Below are positions 35,193-35,465 of a stretch of DNA of 35,465 nucleotides, one piece after another. Position 1 is the stretch's first letter; every line of letters begins with the position of its first letter. This DNA is from a virus (taxonomy: Duplodnaviria; Heunggongvirae; Uroviricota; Caudoviricetes). A program made the translations under genes and the position numbers. Below the pieces are notes generated by a model. That model had not been told where the DNA came from and searched no databases. It saw nothing but the letters and a program-made list of their open reading frames with translations. The stretch lies in the IMG/VR virus record IMGVR_UViG_2534681764_000015; one strand, written 5' to 3'.

Positions 35193-35465
35193 TTACTTCT
35201 TGCTGATAAACTCTTTAGCGATAAAGTTGATTACTTCTTTCAGCTTCTTGTCTGTATCGATGCACGCCGGTAATTCTTCTTTAATCTCCTGCGGCAGATA
35301 CACATTGCCTTTAAAGTGGAGGAAACCATCATTACCAATCATGTAGGAGAACATCCATTCACAATCGTTATCCGCTTCCCAGAACGCTACGGTCTCATCG
35401 CCAATCAAGGTAATGTCCATGTTGCGACGTGCTGCGTAGTTGATGATTGCTTTACCGATGTTCAT
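35193..35465 (-). CDS. hypothetical protein, start at or beyond window edge (90+ aa)
   Basis: ORF reaches the last base of the window. Confidence 0.4.
   Translation of the reverse strand: MNIGKAIINYAARRNMDITLIGDETVAFWEADNDCEWMFSYMIGNDGFLHFKGNVYLPQEIKEELPACIDTDKKLKEVINFIAKEFISKK

Overview
This 35.5-kb, AT-rich window (roughly 40-45% GC by eye) reads as a tailed dsDNA phage or prophage segment with a siphovirus, lambda/T1-style morphogenesis block. From 6.3 to 32.2 kb nearly every gene is on the + strand, tightly packed, and many starts share an AAGGGGTAA-N3-5-ATG ribosome-binding context. The order is: GpA-type large terminase, portal, a fused prohead protease/scaffold/HK97-fold major capsid protein, head-tail proteins, a long tail fiber with a C-terminal intramolecular chaperone domain, three tandem small paralogs, tail tube, a G/T chaperone pair, tape measure, distal tail proteins, a very large central fiber whose N-terminus looks like lambda gpI and whose C-terminus looks like the lambda J receptor-binding domain, then an accessory/lysis block with an M15-type endolysin flanked by two paralogous Cys-rich GIY-YIG-like proteins. 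A large serine recombinase lies on the - strand at 32.3-34.0 kb. The left 6.3 kb looks regulatory/early: a 1.4-kb non-coding stretch (1950-3347) carries two SOS-box-like palindromes, nine phased TTTTGCCCCTGAAA iterons, a direct-repeat-bounded element with GC-rich palindromes and strong sigma70-like promoters, followed by a Rha-family regulator and small GRP-motif DNA-binding paralogs. No rRNA, tRNA or CRISPR array was seen. All functional calls rest on motif recognition, gene order and recalled family knowledge; no database search was run and any start coordinate not supported by an RBS is approximate. The most unusual items are the tandem triplet of small Gly-rich proteins after the tail fiber, the paired Cys-rich nuclease-like paralogs around the endolysin, and the iteron array.
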